Assembly (NCBI GenBank): GCA_001599295.1
Contig: BCGN01000004.1
Location: 686,138-750,137, forward strand
From: Sporopachydermia quercuum
Lineage: Eukaryota
Length of the DNA: 64,000 nucleotides
Reading direction: 5' to 3'
Positions 11,598-23,487 of this stretch are shown piece after piece (positions within the stretch are counted from its first letter, which is position 1; each line of letters starts with the position of its first letter). Under the pieces are notes generated by a model. It had not been told where the DNA came from and did no database searches. It saw only the letters and a program-made list of their open reading frames with translations. The position numbers were made by a program, and so were the translations under genes.

Positions 11598-12482
11598 TCA
11601 GAATATGTTGTCAGATAGGTCGCCTACTGGCTTTCTAACCTTCTTCTGTTTCTTTTGTTTCAAATAACTTCCGGTGGAATCTCGAGCCAATTTCTGTGTT
11701 TCTTCGTCTATTGTCCTCTCTGGTCTAGGTTCACTACTAATCTTGATAGGCTTTCTTTTCTTAACGCCTTCTCTCAAGCCTGAGTACTCGTCAATCAAAT
11801 TCGCTTCCTGAGACATTTCAAACCCATCCCTCTCTAGTAGTGCTTCAACAGTTTCTTCTCTAGCTCGTAGCTTTAGTTCTTCCTGAACTTTTTCTTTCCT
11901 TCGATGCCACCTTTCATCGATCTTAGCCGTTTCTTCCTCATTAGGTTTCCATTTGCTTTTCAAAATCCGTCGAATAACTTCCGGCGAGACTTTAAACATG
12001 TTTGCTAAATCTCTAGCTGACATAGTTGGATTTTGTTCACGTATCATTCTCACGGCTTCAATTTGGGATCGTGAGAGTTTCTTTTTGGGATTCCAAGGCT
12101 GTTCATTGAATTTTTCCTTCAGAGCATATTTCTGTCGTTTCCATTCGGGCAAAGACTTGTCTTTTCGCCAGTGTGAGGGTCTTGCGTTCATTTCCTCGAC
12201 TATTAGTTCCAGTTTTTGCTGTGTTGTCAATTTGTTGAATTCTTCTTCAGAGTCTTCGTTCTCTTTACTCCCTCGTATTGGTCCTGATGGTCCTAATGGC
12301 GGTAGCTTCCAAATAGTTTTCAGCAAACAGTTCGAGCTTGAAAATGACGTACATTGAATATAATTGATACCACTCATTGGCGTCGAGTATTGCTTCATTT
12401 GTATTGGTTTTACCAATTCCGCCATTCGATAAGCACTTTCTTTTGCTCCACTTGAGCATAAACTAGATATGCTTCGTATCAT
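11598..12482 (-). CDS. RRG9: Neugrin-family mitochondrial protein Rrg9
   Basis: PEWKRQKYALKEKF..WNPKKKLSRSQIEAVR...LANMFKVSPEVIRRILKSKW neugrin motif; presequence-like N-terminus. Confidence 0.9.
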   Translation of the reverse strand: MIRSISSLCSSGAKESAYRMAELVKPIQMKQYSTPMSGINYIQCTSFSSSNCLLKTIWKLPPLGPSGPIRGSKENEDSEEEFNKLTTQQKLELIVEEMNARPSHWRKDKSLPEWKRQKYALKEKFNEQPWNPKKKLSRSQIEAVRMIREQNPTMSARDLANMFKVSPEVIRRILKSKWKPNEEETAKIDERWHRRKEKVQEELKLRAREETVEALLERDGFEMSQEANLIDEYSGLREGVKKRKPIKISSEPRPERTIDEETQKLARDSTGSYLKQKKQKKVRKPVGDLSDNIF

Positions 12483-13199
12483 ACTTAATGATACTTACAA
12501 ACNACGACCTATTTCTATTCTCATGATCCTCACCAAAATTTCAATAATGCTCCAAGCCAAAAATGCAATTCTATCTCCTTAATCCCTAATAACATCAATC
12601 TTGCCAAAAAATACACCACACTCTTTACAACCAATATACTACAACCTTTGCATAGTTATCTTTTATTCACCCTCACAATAATAATAGTATTTATTGTTCT
12701 CACAGTACTCAGGAATTTTTTTTCCAAATCGCTTTTGTCACATTGAGATCCGATGTTAACTTTCAGATGATAGCTAGAAATATATCGGATTATATAATCA
12801 TTAAAATCCAACAATGGTTTGTAGTCATTTGCCCTGTTAGTCTCAAACCTTAACCTAACTCCAGTTTTGTTTGTTTACAATTTATTTGATTTGGTAATCA
12901 TATGGCAAAACATTTCCATCCATACTAAAGTAAATTTTAATTAAAGGCACATACACAACCACAAAAAAAAAAGGATACCAACCGACAGATTGATGGCAAA
13001 GGTTCTTATCAAATATCTTTGGGACTCAATCTACGCATGTTCGTTTGTTTGTTTATTTCTTTGCGAAAGAATAGGGCCAACTATCAGAGATTGAAATTGA
13101 TACAAAGGTTTTTTTATTGATATTAAGCAAGTTGTGTCACTGCAGCGAAGGGTTGATTGTCATTGTCACTCGTCACTGTCACCGGTTAGCAATCGCAAC

Positions 13200-15841
13200 A
13201 TGAATTTCATTAAAAAGATCTTGGGATCGTTGAACAACAACGAAGAAGTTGTATCTATTCCCTCAGGGGCACTATATCTATCACGATCCCCTAACTCACC
13301 GAGGGGCAAAGATGAGTGCATGTAAGTAATGTCTTTGGTTAACAAAAGCGTATAGTCAGCGGTATTATGAAGAAAGAAAAAATTGTATGATAGAGTTCTA
13401 ACCAGTTCCATTATAGTTTTACAGATGCTACTGCCACTATCAGGCAAACCACTATTGAATATCAATACCAACTAGTTGTTACTAGGAATGAACACAATGA
13501 TTCAGCCGAAGGTGAAGATGGGGATGAGGATACGGATAGTGTTTTGGATGAGCTGAAGGACGACGAATGGTCATTTTTACTAGATGAATCACTTAAACTT
13601 CACGCTTTGACAAGAGATGATAATCAATTAGTTATTGCATGGTCAGATATATCTGGTGACCCTGATGATACATTTGTTTACATTTGTTCACTATCTACGA
13701 AGCAATCTCAATTTGATTCCTTCATTATCGCCGCTTATCGATGTGAATATGAACGTAAATACAGGAAACCATCTGATGGAGTTTCTTTAGAAAATTTACA
13801 AGAGTTTGTATACAACCCTACAGCGACAGCGGTAGACGTCAACAAAACGCCATCTCCATACACTAGTCCAAGGAAAAGCAATGTTGGATCAAAGTTCAAA
13901 TCCAATACTTATGTTACACAGGATGATGATTCTGATTTAGAAGCATTTCATGATTCAAATCCTCCCCACGAACCACCTGCTACCAAGAAAGAGGACACTA
14001 TTGAGAAGGTAGCAGAGGTTGTTAACGAGGAATCCAAAGAACCTCAGGTTGTCTTAACTGCTGAAGAGGCCGAAGATATTAATGAAGTTATCACTGATCC
14101 ATCTGCCTTAGACAATGGAACGGTTCTTACTAAACAATCGGCCGAGCTGCACTTTTTTGATTTAGAAACAGCAACATTCGTTATTCAAGAAGCTGCTGCT
14201 ATTGCAAAGGTAATCGACGTTGGCAAGTGGCATTATTGGCTTCTTTTGGAGAAACAAGATGGCACTAAGTTGTTAGGTGCCTATATTTCTCCAACGATGA
14301 ATCCAAACTTCAATTTTGATCATTTAGCATTTATTTTCAATTTTGTGGAAAATAACGTTGCTGTGTCTTATTTATTGAAGTTTGCTGACTTTGCCGTCAT
14401 CACTGAATTTCAAGAAGGATTTATGATTGCCCTTTGGGAAAGTCTCAATAAGTCAAGATGGATCAAAGCGACTGACCAAGAAAAAGATTATGTTTTAGAT
14501 GCTTTTGACAAGATGACATTGGAAGATGAAGAAATGGTGGATGCACCAGAATACTCTGACGATGATGATGATGATTATTATAGCGGTAATGAAGGAGAGG
14601 AACCTGAGAAAGCTATAAAATCAGGTGCTTCTAAGTTAAATGCTGACGAAGACTCAGAGGATGAAGAGGATGAACTAAGGAGAAAATATTTTGCTACATC
14701 TGATAAGAACAGTCAGTTAGAAGTTGGTTACAAGAACAATCGTTCTTATGTTGTGAGAGGGAAGAATATTGGTGTATTCAAACATTCAGATGACGACGAA
14801 CTGGAATATTCAGGTGTTATCTCTAATGTTAGAGGTCCCAATGGTAATCCGTTCTCTCCAAAAAAGATTATGCTTCATACAGGTGACAGTTCATTGATTG
14901 TTCAAGATGGAAAATCAGATAACAGTTTGTTTAGAATGGATCTGGAATATGGAAAGATTGTTGATGAATGGAAAATTGGTGAAAATGGTGAAAACATTGT
15001 CAAGGCCTTTGGCCCTACTAATAAATTTGCTCAAATGACAGATGAACAAACCTTCTTAGGTATATCTAATAATAGTTTGTATAAGATTGATCCAAGATTA
15101 TCAGGTAATAAGCTCGTTAATTCAGATATCAAGAAATACAAACTCAACAACGATTTTTCCTCGCTCAGTACCACAGAAAACGGTTATATTGCTGTTGCCT
15201 CAAATAAAGGTGATATTCGTCTCTATGATCGTCTTGGCATTAACGCTAAAACTCATCTTCCAGCATTGGGTGAAGCTATTGTGGGTATTGATGTTAGTGC
15301 CGATGGTAGATGGATTTTGGCTACGTGTTCAACGTATATTTTATTAGTTGATGCACTAATCAAGACAGGAAAGAACGCTGGAAATTTGGGTTTCAAGAAA
15401 TCCTTTAGTAAGGATGCTAAACCAAAACCAAGAAGATTACAAATCTCCCCAGAACATGTTGCTTTAATGATGGCAGAAACTGGTAAAGGTTTGAAGTTCA
15501 CTAAGGCACATTTCAATACTGGTGTTAATGCTAAAGAACAAACAATCGTTACCTCCAGTGGCCCTTATGTGATAACTTGGTCTATGAAAAAGATACTGAA
15601 ACGTGAAACCCAACCTTATCTCATCAAGCGATATGATAATGAAGTTATTGCTGATAATTTCAAGTTCGGTACCGATAAAAATGTCATCATTGCTTTACCT
15701 GATGATGTTGGTATGGTGAACAAACGAACTATGAAGAAACCAACAAGAGAATCATTGATTACTCCAGTTAAAGAGCGATTATCAATAGCGCCTAATCGTT
15801 TGAGCAATTTGAGAGAAGAAATCGTCAATAGTCCATTTTAA
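13200..15841 (+). CDS. VID27: Vid27 cytoplasmic protein (PH-like + beta-propeller); exons 13200-13321, 13417-15841
   Basis: Spliced junction reads DECI/FTDATATIRQTTIEYQYQLVV. C-terminal motifs MDLEYGKIVDEW, IDPRLSGNKLV, AKTHLPALGEAIVGIDVSADGRW. Confidence 0.93.
13322..13416 (+). other. Spliceosomal intron of VID27 (95 nt)
   Basis: GTAAGT donor, TTCTAAC branch at 13396-13402, TAG at 13414-13416 is the acceptor that restores the frame. Confidence 0.88.
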
Positions 15842-18354
15842 GTAAATTTCTCATACACATATAATCACATATAATCTCTGCTTAATTCTCTTTTCTTCAA
15901 ACTCACCATCGAACTGTTCCCTTCCCATAGTATAGTATAATAGTTTAGTTTAATAACAATTAATCACTAAAGATTTATTCATTATGTCAATTCAGCTAGC
16001 TATCATGTGATATTCATCCAAGGACCTTTCATTTAGAGCCCACTAACCATTTCAAAATAGACCCAAACTCATCTCAAATCAACCATTCATGCCGTAGAAA
16101 GAAAGATTAACCTATTTCAATATATTCTTATTCTATATTATCGGATGTCCGTTATCTAGTGCTTTTTGAGGCCTTCCAGTAGAGCCTCCTCGGAACATCC
16201 CGTGGAAGCAATTAAAGTTCACAATTCTATGTAATCTTTCCTAATTAATTATAAGGTTTGAAGCTTATTGTGTCAGAAGTCCAAGCTTCGAATGTACAAG
16301 ATTTGTAAACCAAGCATTACGAGATATCCAGTTCTCAGAATTCCCATTTCCAGCTCTTCCTTGGTTTCGCCGCTCGATGACAAGTTCAATGGTTTCAGCT
16401 ATCCTGGTATATAAAATATAGGACTCAATATCGTCATTTGTGTTGATCAATACCATCCTTCAGGAACTTATCAACCAGCGAGGCACCACTTTGTTCGGAA
16501 CCGGAATTTTCAGGCTCCTTAGGCATTATTCACTTTAATTTAGAAAAACCCTTTAAAATTAACGCAATACTCATTATGCTGTATTAGATTTTATATAATA
16601 ATACTGAGAAATTTGTATTTATGAGCTTTTTGATGGTATAATAACTATCATTCAAGCGCGCGCTGTCGCTAATAAATGAAGATTTCAATAGATCCTGAAT
16701 TGAGACTTGTCGTAGTTATAGTTGTACACGCCGTCTTGTAAAAATCGACAAAAATAATAGGCAAAATCCCAGAATGACTGAAAACAATAAAATTGCAGTT
16801 AAAAAAAGGTAATCGAACGGAGAAGACTATTTATTGATTATGGTGAGGTGGTTGGAGTAAACTCGGTGACAGAATTACGGGAGTTTGCGATGCATATTCG
16901 GAACAACCGAGGAAATCAATTTAGCGGATTGAGATCTTAAATTTCAATGATTATAAGAACTTTATTTCTTTTCCTTATCTAAAGAAAAACTTGGGTGTGA
17001 TAGAGCTGACGACCAGTAAATAAGAGATCAGATATAACAGAAAAGGATTAATTTGACTAGTAAATGAGATGATAATAGTTCAATTGATTTTCTTTTTTAA
17101 TTTGCTAAGTAGGAACCATGAAATCTTTTAGCGAGTGTTGGGGAAGAGTTAGGTCAGTAATATACAGCTTATCAAGTTCTTTAGCTCATGTGGGGATTTT
17201 TACATACACTCACTAGGTGAAACTCATTGGGTATATTCCAAAGGCATGTTTTTGAAACATGAACTTTTGCACCATTCAATAATTCTATGGTTTTAGATGA
17301 ACAGCAAACGTATTAGGAAAGTAACTCATTTTATCCTACCATATAAAGATTTCCCATTGATCTGAAAACCAGAGGTTCACTAAAATTTTGTAATAGCATT
17401 AATGCCCTATTGTCCTTCTTATCAATTAAAGGAAGGCTCACGTTCTAATACTGCGATATAACAGACCTATCAGCAGGAGACCATTGATAACGACTGAATG
17501 AAGANTGGAAACTTGCAGGTTAAAGTTTCTGGAAACATATAACTAGCTCAATTTGGGATAATTTTTTACTGCTAACTTTGGCAGTAAGTAAAACCTTAAA
17601 TGTAATTGTTTATCAACTGTAATTTGATCTCATAAAACTGAAATATCAACTGAGATAGAGACTCTCCTTCAATTATCAATATTTTTTCAAGGGCAGTTCA
17701 TTATAATATACTCTAATAATTAGGNATTTACTGAAAACAGCATGTTCCAAGTTATTAATATTCTACAATCTGAAGACATGTACAGTATTATGCAAATCTC
17801 CACTATNCAACCTAAACTCGATAGCAGTAGGTTTAAACTTTAAGGGTTTTTCTCATATGAATACAGTTATAGTTAATGTGATGTCTTCAACTTTATTTGT
17901 GTCCTCCAAAGGCCGTTACGGATTTTTCCTTTCTTCTTATTCGTATGTGCGATTTTCTTGGCCAGTTATATAAACATTTTGCTCCCCCAATTGAAAACAT
18001 TTCTTTGGAGTAATCTTCATCGATATTTTTCTGTTCTGAAAGGTATTTATAAAAGGCCGGACTTTTGTATTTTATACTCTTTATGATAGTTTAGAGTGAA
18101 TTGCTGAACCACAGTTGATAATCGAAATCGTCCTCTCATATCTAAGCTAAGGCTTCATCACGGAATTATTATAAAGTAGATCCATCAGACAGTGAGATCT
18201 TCTTTTACTGGCAAAAAAAAAAAGGAAGATAATTATTCGAGGTTGAACAAACCAAATTTCACGGTTGCAATTTTTAATTCTGAATTGCTGTCTTATTTCG
18301 GTAGTGATAGAGCACTTGGAACATTGCTAGTTGGTCTACTTAGAACTAAGCATC

Positions 18355-19761
18355 ATGTTGAATCTATACTACGGAACAATTGTCCACTCATTATCTTTGG
18401 AAAAGTTTGAGATTCGACCTAATACCGTTGTAGGTGTTGATTCCGAAGGCATAATTATTTTTATTGAGCATGATGTCGAGGATATTAATGAGGTAACAAC
18501 CAAACGGGAATTAGCCAGCTCAGACTATCAACTATACAGTATTAACTCACAAGACAATGATATCAACAACTTTTTCTTCCCAGGATTCATCGACACACAT
18601 ATTCATGCTGCCCAGTATCCAAATTGTGGTATTTTTGGTAATACCACTTTACTGGACTGGCTTGAAACTTATACATTTCCGCTGGAATCAAGTTTCTCTG
18701 AATTGGAATTAGCTAAAGACGCTTACACGAAAGTTGTGAATAAGACTCTTCTTTCTGGTACTACGACAGCAGCATATTTTACTACAATCCATCCAGAGGC
18801 CTCAAAACTATTAGCTGATATTGCTTTAGAGAAAGGACAAAGAGCTATAGTTGGTTCAGTGTGTATGGATAGAAACGCTCCTGATTACTATCTTACCTCT
18901 ACGGATGATTCAGTGAAGAACTCTGTTGAAGTTATGAATCATATCAATAAAATTGATCCTAAGAATGAAATCATTGCACCATGTGTTACTCCAAGATTTT
19001 CTCCTTCATGCACATCCGATTTAATGGGTAGATTGGGCAAATTAACTAAAGAACATAACTTATACGTTCAATCTCATATTTCTGAAAATACTAAAGAAAT
19101 CGATTGGGTATTAGAACTATTCCCTGATTGTGCTAATTACGCTGATACTTATCATAAATTTGGTTTACTCTCAGAAAAGACTATTTTAGGACATGCATTA
19201 CATCTTACTGAAGATGAAATCAATCTGATAGTTCAACAGAAAACTGGTATCGCTCATTGTCCTATTTCAAACTCTTCTTTAACATCCGGTGAATGTCGCG
19301 TTGCTCATTTACTGAGAAGTGGATGTAAAGTGGGATTGGGTACCGATATCTCTGGCGGATTTTCTCCCTCTATTTTAACTGTTTGCAGACATGCTTTATT
19401 AGTGTCTCGACATTTAGTCATGACAAACAAGCAGGAAAAAGACAAATTATCTATTTACGACATTTTGTATTTGGCAACTTTGGGTGGTGCAAAAGTTGTT
19501 CATAGAGAAAATGAGATTGGTAATTTTGTTGTTGGGAAGAAATGGGATGCTCAGTATATATCATTGGATCATAATAAAAATGAACTTGATTTATTCCCAT
19601 GGCAGTTTGGTTGTATAAGAAATTCAGATGGAACTATAAAGACTCTTACTCAGGTGGAGAAGATTGATTTACATATTACCAAATGGTTCTTCAATGGTGA
19701 TGATAGAAATACTGTGTGTGTTTGGGTGAATGGTAGATTGGTAGTTGACAAAACTAAATAG
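18355..19761 (+). CDS. GUD1: Guanine deaminase (amidohydrolase family)
   Basis: ATG at 18355. PGFIDTHIHAAQY, LLDWLETYTFPLE, TPRF, HISEN, GLGTD motifs. Confidence 0.96.
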   Translation: MLNLYYGTIVHSLSLEKFEIRPNTVVGVDSEGIIIFIEHDVEDINEVTTKRELASSDYQLYSINSQDNDINNFFFPGFIDTHIHAAQYPNCGIFGNTTLLDWLETYTFPLESSFSELELAKDAYTKVVNKTLLSGTTTAAYFTTIHPEASKLLADIALEKGQRAIVGSVCMDRNAPDYYLTSTDDSVKNSVEVMNHINKIDPKNEIIAPCVTPRFSPSCTSDLMGRLGKLTKEHNLYVQSHISENTKEIDWVLELFPDCANYADTYHKFGLLSEKTILGHALHLTEDEINLIVQQKTGIAHCPISNSSLTSGECRVAHLLRSGCKVGLGTDISGGFSPSILTVCRHALLVSRHLVMTNKQEKDKLSIYDILYLATLGGAKVVHRENEIGNFVVGKKWDAQYISLDHNKNELDLFPWQFGCIRNSDGTIKTLTQVEKIDLHITKWFFNGDDRNTVCVWVNGRLVVDKTK

Positions 19762-20341
19762 ATTTAGATTTACATTAGATTCAATGGTTAGATTTCTTTT
19801 AATATATGTATAAATTGGTTGGTTAATATTCATAATACTCTACAGTTTAGAAAGAAAAAATGGAAAACAGGTAATTCGTATTGACATATTTCGTCCGTAC
19901 TGTTAAACATAAGGGAATAATCTAAAAGCTGATGACAGGTAGCTGGTTGATCAGCCCAGTTCCGAGAGATTACTGGTTACTTATTAGTTGTTTAAACTAC
20001 TGATCCATTGTATTTCAACGGTAATTTAAAATGTAAAAATGCTGGTTTAACTAAAGCAAGCGATGGGACTTTGGCTCCTTTCCATGTTTAATTTTTGTTC
20101 TCCCTTTCATGAATTTTGCTACTATTGCATTGATGCGGTAATCATTATATATTCAACAGCTTTTACCTCATGTCTTATTCATCTCTTAATATCGGCTTAG
20201 TAATTGTCTCTTTTCGAAATGATGTTGCTAAAAGGTTCTATTGCCGAGTTGTCTACAGAAATCTTCAGATGTATTCATTTTTTCTAACACATTCTCACTT
20301 TCTCCTCCAATGCATGTTCGAGTCAGCTGACAGCTACACAA

Positions 20342-21020
20342 TCAGAAATAAGACAATGAATACTGTATGGGGTATTTGGAGAAGCTCAGTTGGAAATCCG
20401 ACAAAATCGACATTACATCTTGTTCAATATCCTTACTATTATTGATCCTGTTCGCCAACTCCAGAATTGCTTTTCCTCCTCCTTTAGCTTCTTCCGTATT
20501 ATCTTTGATATCCACATTGATCACATGCACGACACGGTTTAGCTCTTCTCCTCTATTCATCAAATCTATTGTTTCTTGTTAGTATACAATTTCGTAGAAG
20601 CAAATCATTAAATGGAAATCTATCCTCGTGAAGGATTGTTTAATTCCACTTACCATCTATCACTGTATCAAAACATTTTTCTTCACAGGTAAATACTACA
20701 TCATACACCTCACGCATATCCTGCCACCTTTCCGGAGCAGTTTTCACTTGTCGATTTCGGTCAAGCATATTCAACACTCCATTCATTGAGTATAGTTTAC
20801 TATTAGAGTCCGAGAGCTCCTTATAAATAGAGTCGTACGGGGTGCCAAAAGAATATACATTGGGTTTATCAATTGAAGGACCAGGTAGTCTCACAGCTGA
20901 ACCAGTCCCATAGGACCATACATTAAATCCATTTTCTTTCAGCACTTTATGAGCCTCCATTGATCTGTTTTGATTTGATGCACATACTGTGCAAAATCTA
21001 ATATTTCGGTTTACTGTCAT
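20342..21020 (-). CDS. SSU72: RNA Pol II CTD phosphatase Ssu72; exons 21020-20654, 20565-20342
   Basis: [13 protein letters not shown] catalytic motif. Spliced junction [21 protein letters not shown] in exon 2. Confidence 0.96.
20566..20653 (-). other. Spliceosomal intron of SSU72 (88 nt)
   Basis: GTAAGT donor, TACTAAC branch (plus-strand GTTAGTA 20578-20584), TAG acceptor. Confidence 0.92.
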
Positions 21021-21507
21021 AATTCTATTGTTTCCAGAAATCGTACAATATGACGTTTTGATAACATCAAATTTTGTTTTATCAATGGATCAAATGACTA
21101 CTATCTATCCTGTCTGAGTTTTCTAGAATGATCGAGATAAAGATTGGTTGTAATAAAACTATGGTTACTTAGACCTGATAGAACCCGAACTACTTGTTCA
21201 AATCCGAAATTGCTATTGTAGCTAATGTGGTTCTAGTCTTTTGACTCTAATCAAATACTACCTGTTAATCAGTAAAACATTTTGAATATGGCATAACATA
21301 AGACGATTGATGAACTGAGAGAGAATCGTGAGCAAATGGTTCATATTTTTCCTCAGATTCAATCAATCCTACAAATTTTATGACAATAGAGTAAGGGGTC
21401 ACTGCTATATAATTATGATGTAATCATTAATACAATGGATAGAGAAGTAAGGTTCTGTTTATGTATGGGTCTCGCAGGAATTAAATAGGCCTACAAGTAT
21501 GACTATT

Positions 21508-21534
21508 ATCACGTGTGATCCTTATCATCACGTG
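21508..21534. promoter_or_regulatory. Tandem ATCACGTG E-boxes (Cbf1/bHLH-type) upstream of SSU72
   Basis: ATCACGTG at 21508-21515 and 21527-21534. Confidence 0.45.
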
Positions 21535-21675
21535 CTCTGAGCTAGTTTTTTCACACCTATGACCGGCGTATAAAATTTGTTGTTTCCTTGGTTAATAATG
21601 ATGTCTTGAAATGAACAGTCAAATTGTTGGGGTGATGCATAAGATTGCCTCGCTTTGAGATTTAGAATAGTAAGT

Positions 21676-23487
21676 TTAAGATGCGTCCAGTTCAGTTTGC
21701 TCCGTAGCTGGTTTCGTATCCTCGAGCTTATTGATAAACACCTTTGAGTCTTCCACTTTATCTTCAATATCCATTCTTAAACTTATTGCACTTTCTCCTG
21801 TATCAGTTCGTTCAACTAATGAAGAATTCAACATTTCATAATCAGGAGCACTAGTAGTAGAACCACTGTCTCCTATATATTCTTGCTCATAATCATTCTC
21901 GTTTGAAACAATACGTTCAATATTATCATGTCCATGGTCATAGCCAGACGGGCTAGAGCCTATCATGACAATACTTGAGTTAGTGTCTGATCCTGGTACT
22001 GACGCAGGTATGTCTGTAGCTTGTGCTTTGCTTGCTTCAACCGCTTCATTTTTAGTGAGGTAATCGATATTTTCATTTTCTATTACATCTTGATCAGGAA
22101 TGTCTGATGTGNATATGTTCACAAGAGGAGAATCTTCCTTATCACTAAACTCTTCCATTCCCACTCCTATATCAACAAATCCATTATTATCTGTATCAAG
22201 ATCGTTAAACGAAATGGATACTCTACGACCAGTGGAGCCGCCTGATGAAGAAGTATGATTTCTTTCAGATATATTGATTATTTTGTTATTCTCTAAACCT
22301 GATTTCCAATCTTCATAATCATCTTCATTGGTTAATAAAAATCCAATCAACATACTTGGNTCCATGTCCTTTAATGGAAGACGATATAATTTACAACTGT
22401 GCGTAGATTCCAAGTCCCTTTGATCTATCGTAAGTTGTCCATTTCCCTTCACACGAAGCGCAGGTGCACTGTGATGTGGATCAGAATAAAACAAATGATC
22501 TCCTTGAAATCCATAAAAGTAATAGCTTGACCGTGGACAACCACCAGCAATCCCGGTACTCTGTTTCAATTGTAATGTCTGTTTTAAATCATCCCAATAA
22601 CTTTTATTTACACCTTTCATTCCCAACCGCAAAGGGAATAAAACAAGTGTTGGAAGGAACTCATTATTCTTTTTCGTTTCTTTCATAAGCTCTTCTTCGT
22701 ATAGATTTCCTGAATCTGATGCTATGAATACTCTCAAGCCAACTTCTCGGTATCTGTCGCATATATACTTGAGACCTTGAGCTGCAGCTGAAGGACCAAA
22801 CCAACTCCCAGGTTTTATACCTGAATAAATAGAACCACTTTTGACTAAATGATGAATAGCAAATGGTGCCAAAGGATCGTCAATGAATAATGATATTATG
22901 TTTCTATGAAATCTGTCATTTTCGTTTGCCTCGCTTTCTGTTCTCTTTGAATCTTCTTCCCTCAACCTCCAACTTCCGTCGGATATCTCGAGCTTTATTA
23001 GTGTATTGGCCAGAAGTGTTTGAGCTGTTCTAATCATGCATCCCCAACCGACATCACTTGTTCTTTCATTGGTAGGTTTGAAATAATTCTCCATTTTCTC
23101 GTAAGTAGTATTATAAAAATTACTTTTAAGAGCACTGGTNAATTTATTATTAAACGGTGACACATCTTTCTCAGTATTATCCTGGTCAACTTTATCGTTG
23201 CTCTCATTGATCGTCTCTTCGACAAAACTATGAAACATCGGGATAGGAACAAAATCTACTCGGTAACGAAGCCATATCAAAGTATAAACGTCCTCAATGA
23301 AGTCTGCGGGCCAATCAATATTGCTATCGTTTTTGTCTGAATATTCTATTGAGTAAGTTCTTCCTAAAACAACAATAGGATCTCTCTTATCGATAGGTTT
23401 GATATCATTGACTTTTGACCATGCTCTGTGTACATTGTTTAGCGCAGCCTTAGCTATATTAGCAAACACTGTTTCTGATATGTCCAT
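21676..23487 (-). CDS. ATG4: Atg4 cysteine protease (peptidase C54)
   Basis: SDVGWGCMIRTAQ (catalytic Cys), WFGPS, DPH (Asp/His), PSMLIGFL; acidic C-terminal tail. Confidence 0.96.
   Translation of the reverse strand: MDISETVFANIAKAALNNVHRAWSKVNDIKPIDKRDPIVVLGRTYSIEYSDKNDSNIDWPADFIEDVYTLIWLRYRVDFVPIPMFHSFVEETINESNDKVDQDNTEKDVSPFNNKXTSALKSNFYNTTYEKMENYFKPTNERTSDVGWGCMIRTAQTLLANTLIKLEISDGSWRLREEDSKRTESEANENDRFHRNIISLFIDDPLAPFAIHHLVKSGSIYSGIKPGSWFGPSAAAQGLKYICDRYREVGLRVFIASDSGNLYEEELMKETKKNNEFLPTLVLFPLRLGMKGVNKSYWDDLKQTLQLKQSTGIAGGCPRSSYYFYGFQGDHLFYSDPHHSAPALRVKGNGQLTIDQRDLESTHSCKLYRLPLKDMXPSMLIGFLLTNEDDYEDWKSGLENNKIINISERNHTSSSGGSTGRRVSISFNDLDTDNNGFVDIGVGMEEFSDKEDSPLVNIXTSDIPDQDVIENENIDYLTKNEAVEASKAQATDIPASVPGSDTNSSIVMIGSSPSGYDHGHDNIERIVSNENDYEQEYIGDSGSTTSAPDYEMLNSSLVERTDTGESAISLRMDIEDKVEDSKVFINKLEDTKPATEQTELDAS

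Noticed and set aside
16457..16470. TCC-TGA antizyme-like +1 frameshift site on the minus strand
   Set aside because: That frame has no upstream ATG and the downstream +1 frame is closed.
15842..18354. Tiny OST4 gene expected near VID27/MFG1 from recalled synteny
   Set aside because: No MI[ST]D..L-type hydrophobic ~36-aa ORF found by eye; a spliced version cannot be excluded.
19762..20341. U1 snRNA expected next to SSU72 (SNR19 position in S. cerevisiae); Sm-like AATTTTTG near 20090
   Set aside because: No ATACTTACC 5' end or GATCANGAAG loop seen on either strand.
21508..21640. CDEI-like ATCACGTG suggesting a point centromere
   Set aside because: No long very AT-rich CDEII or CDEIII at the right spacing; treated as bHLH sites.
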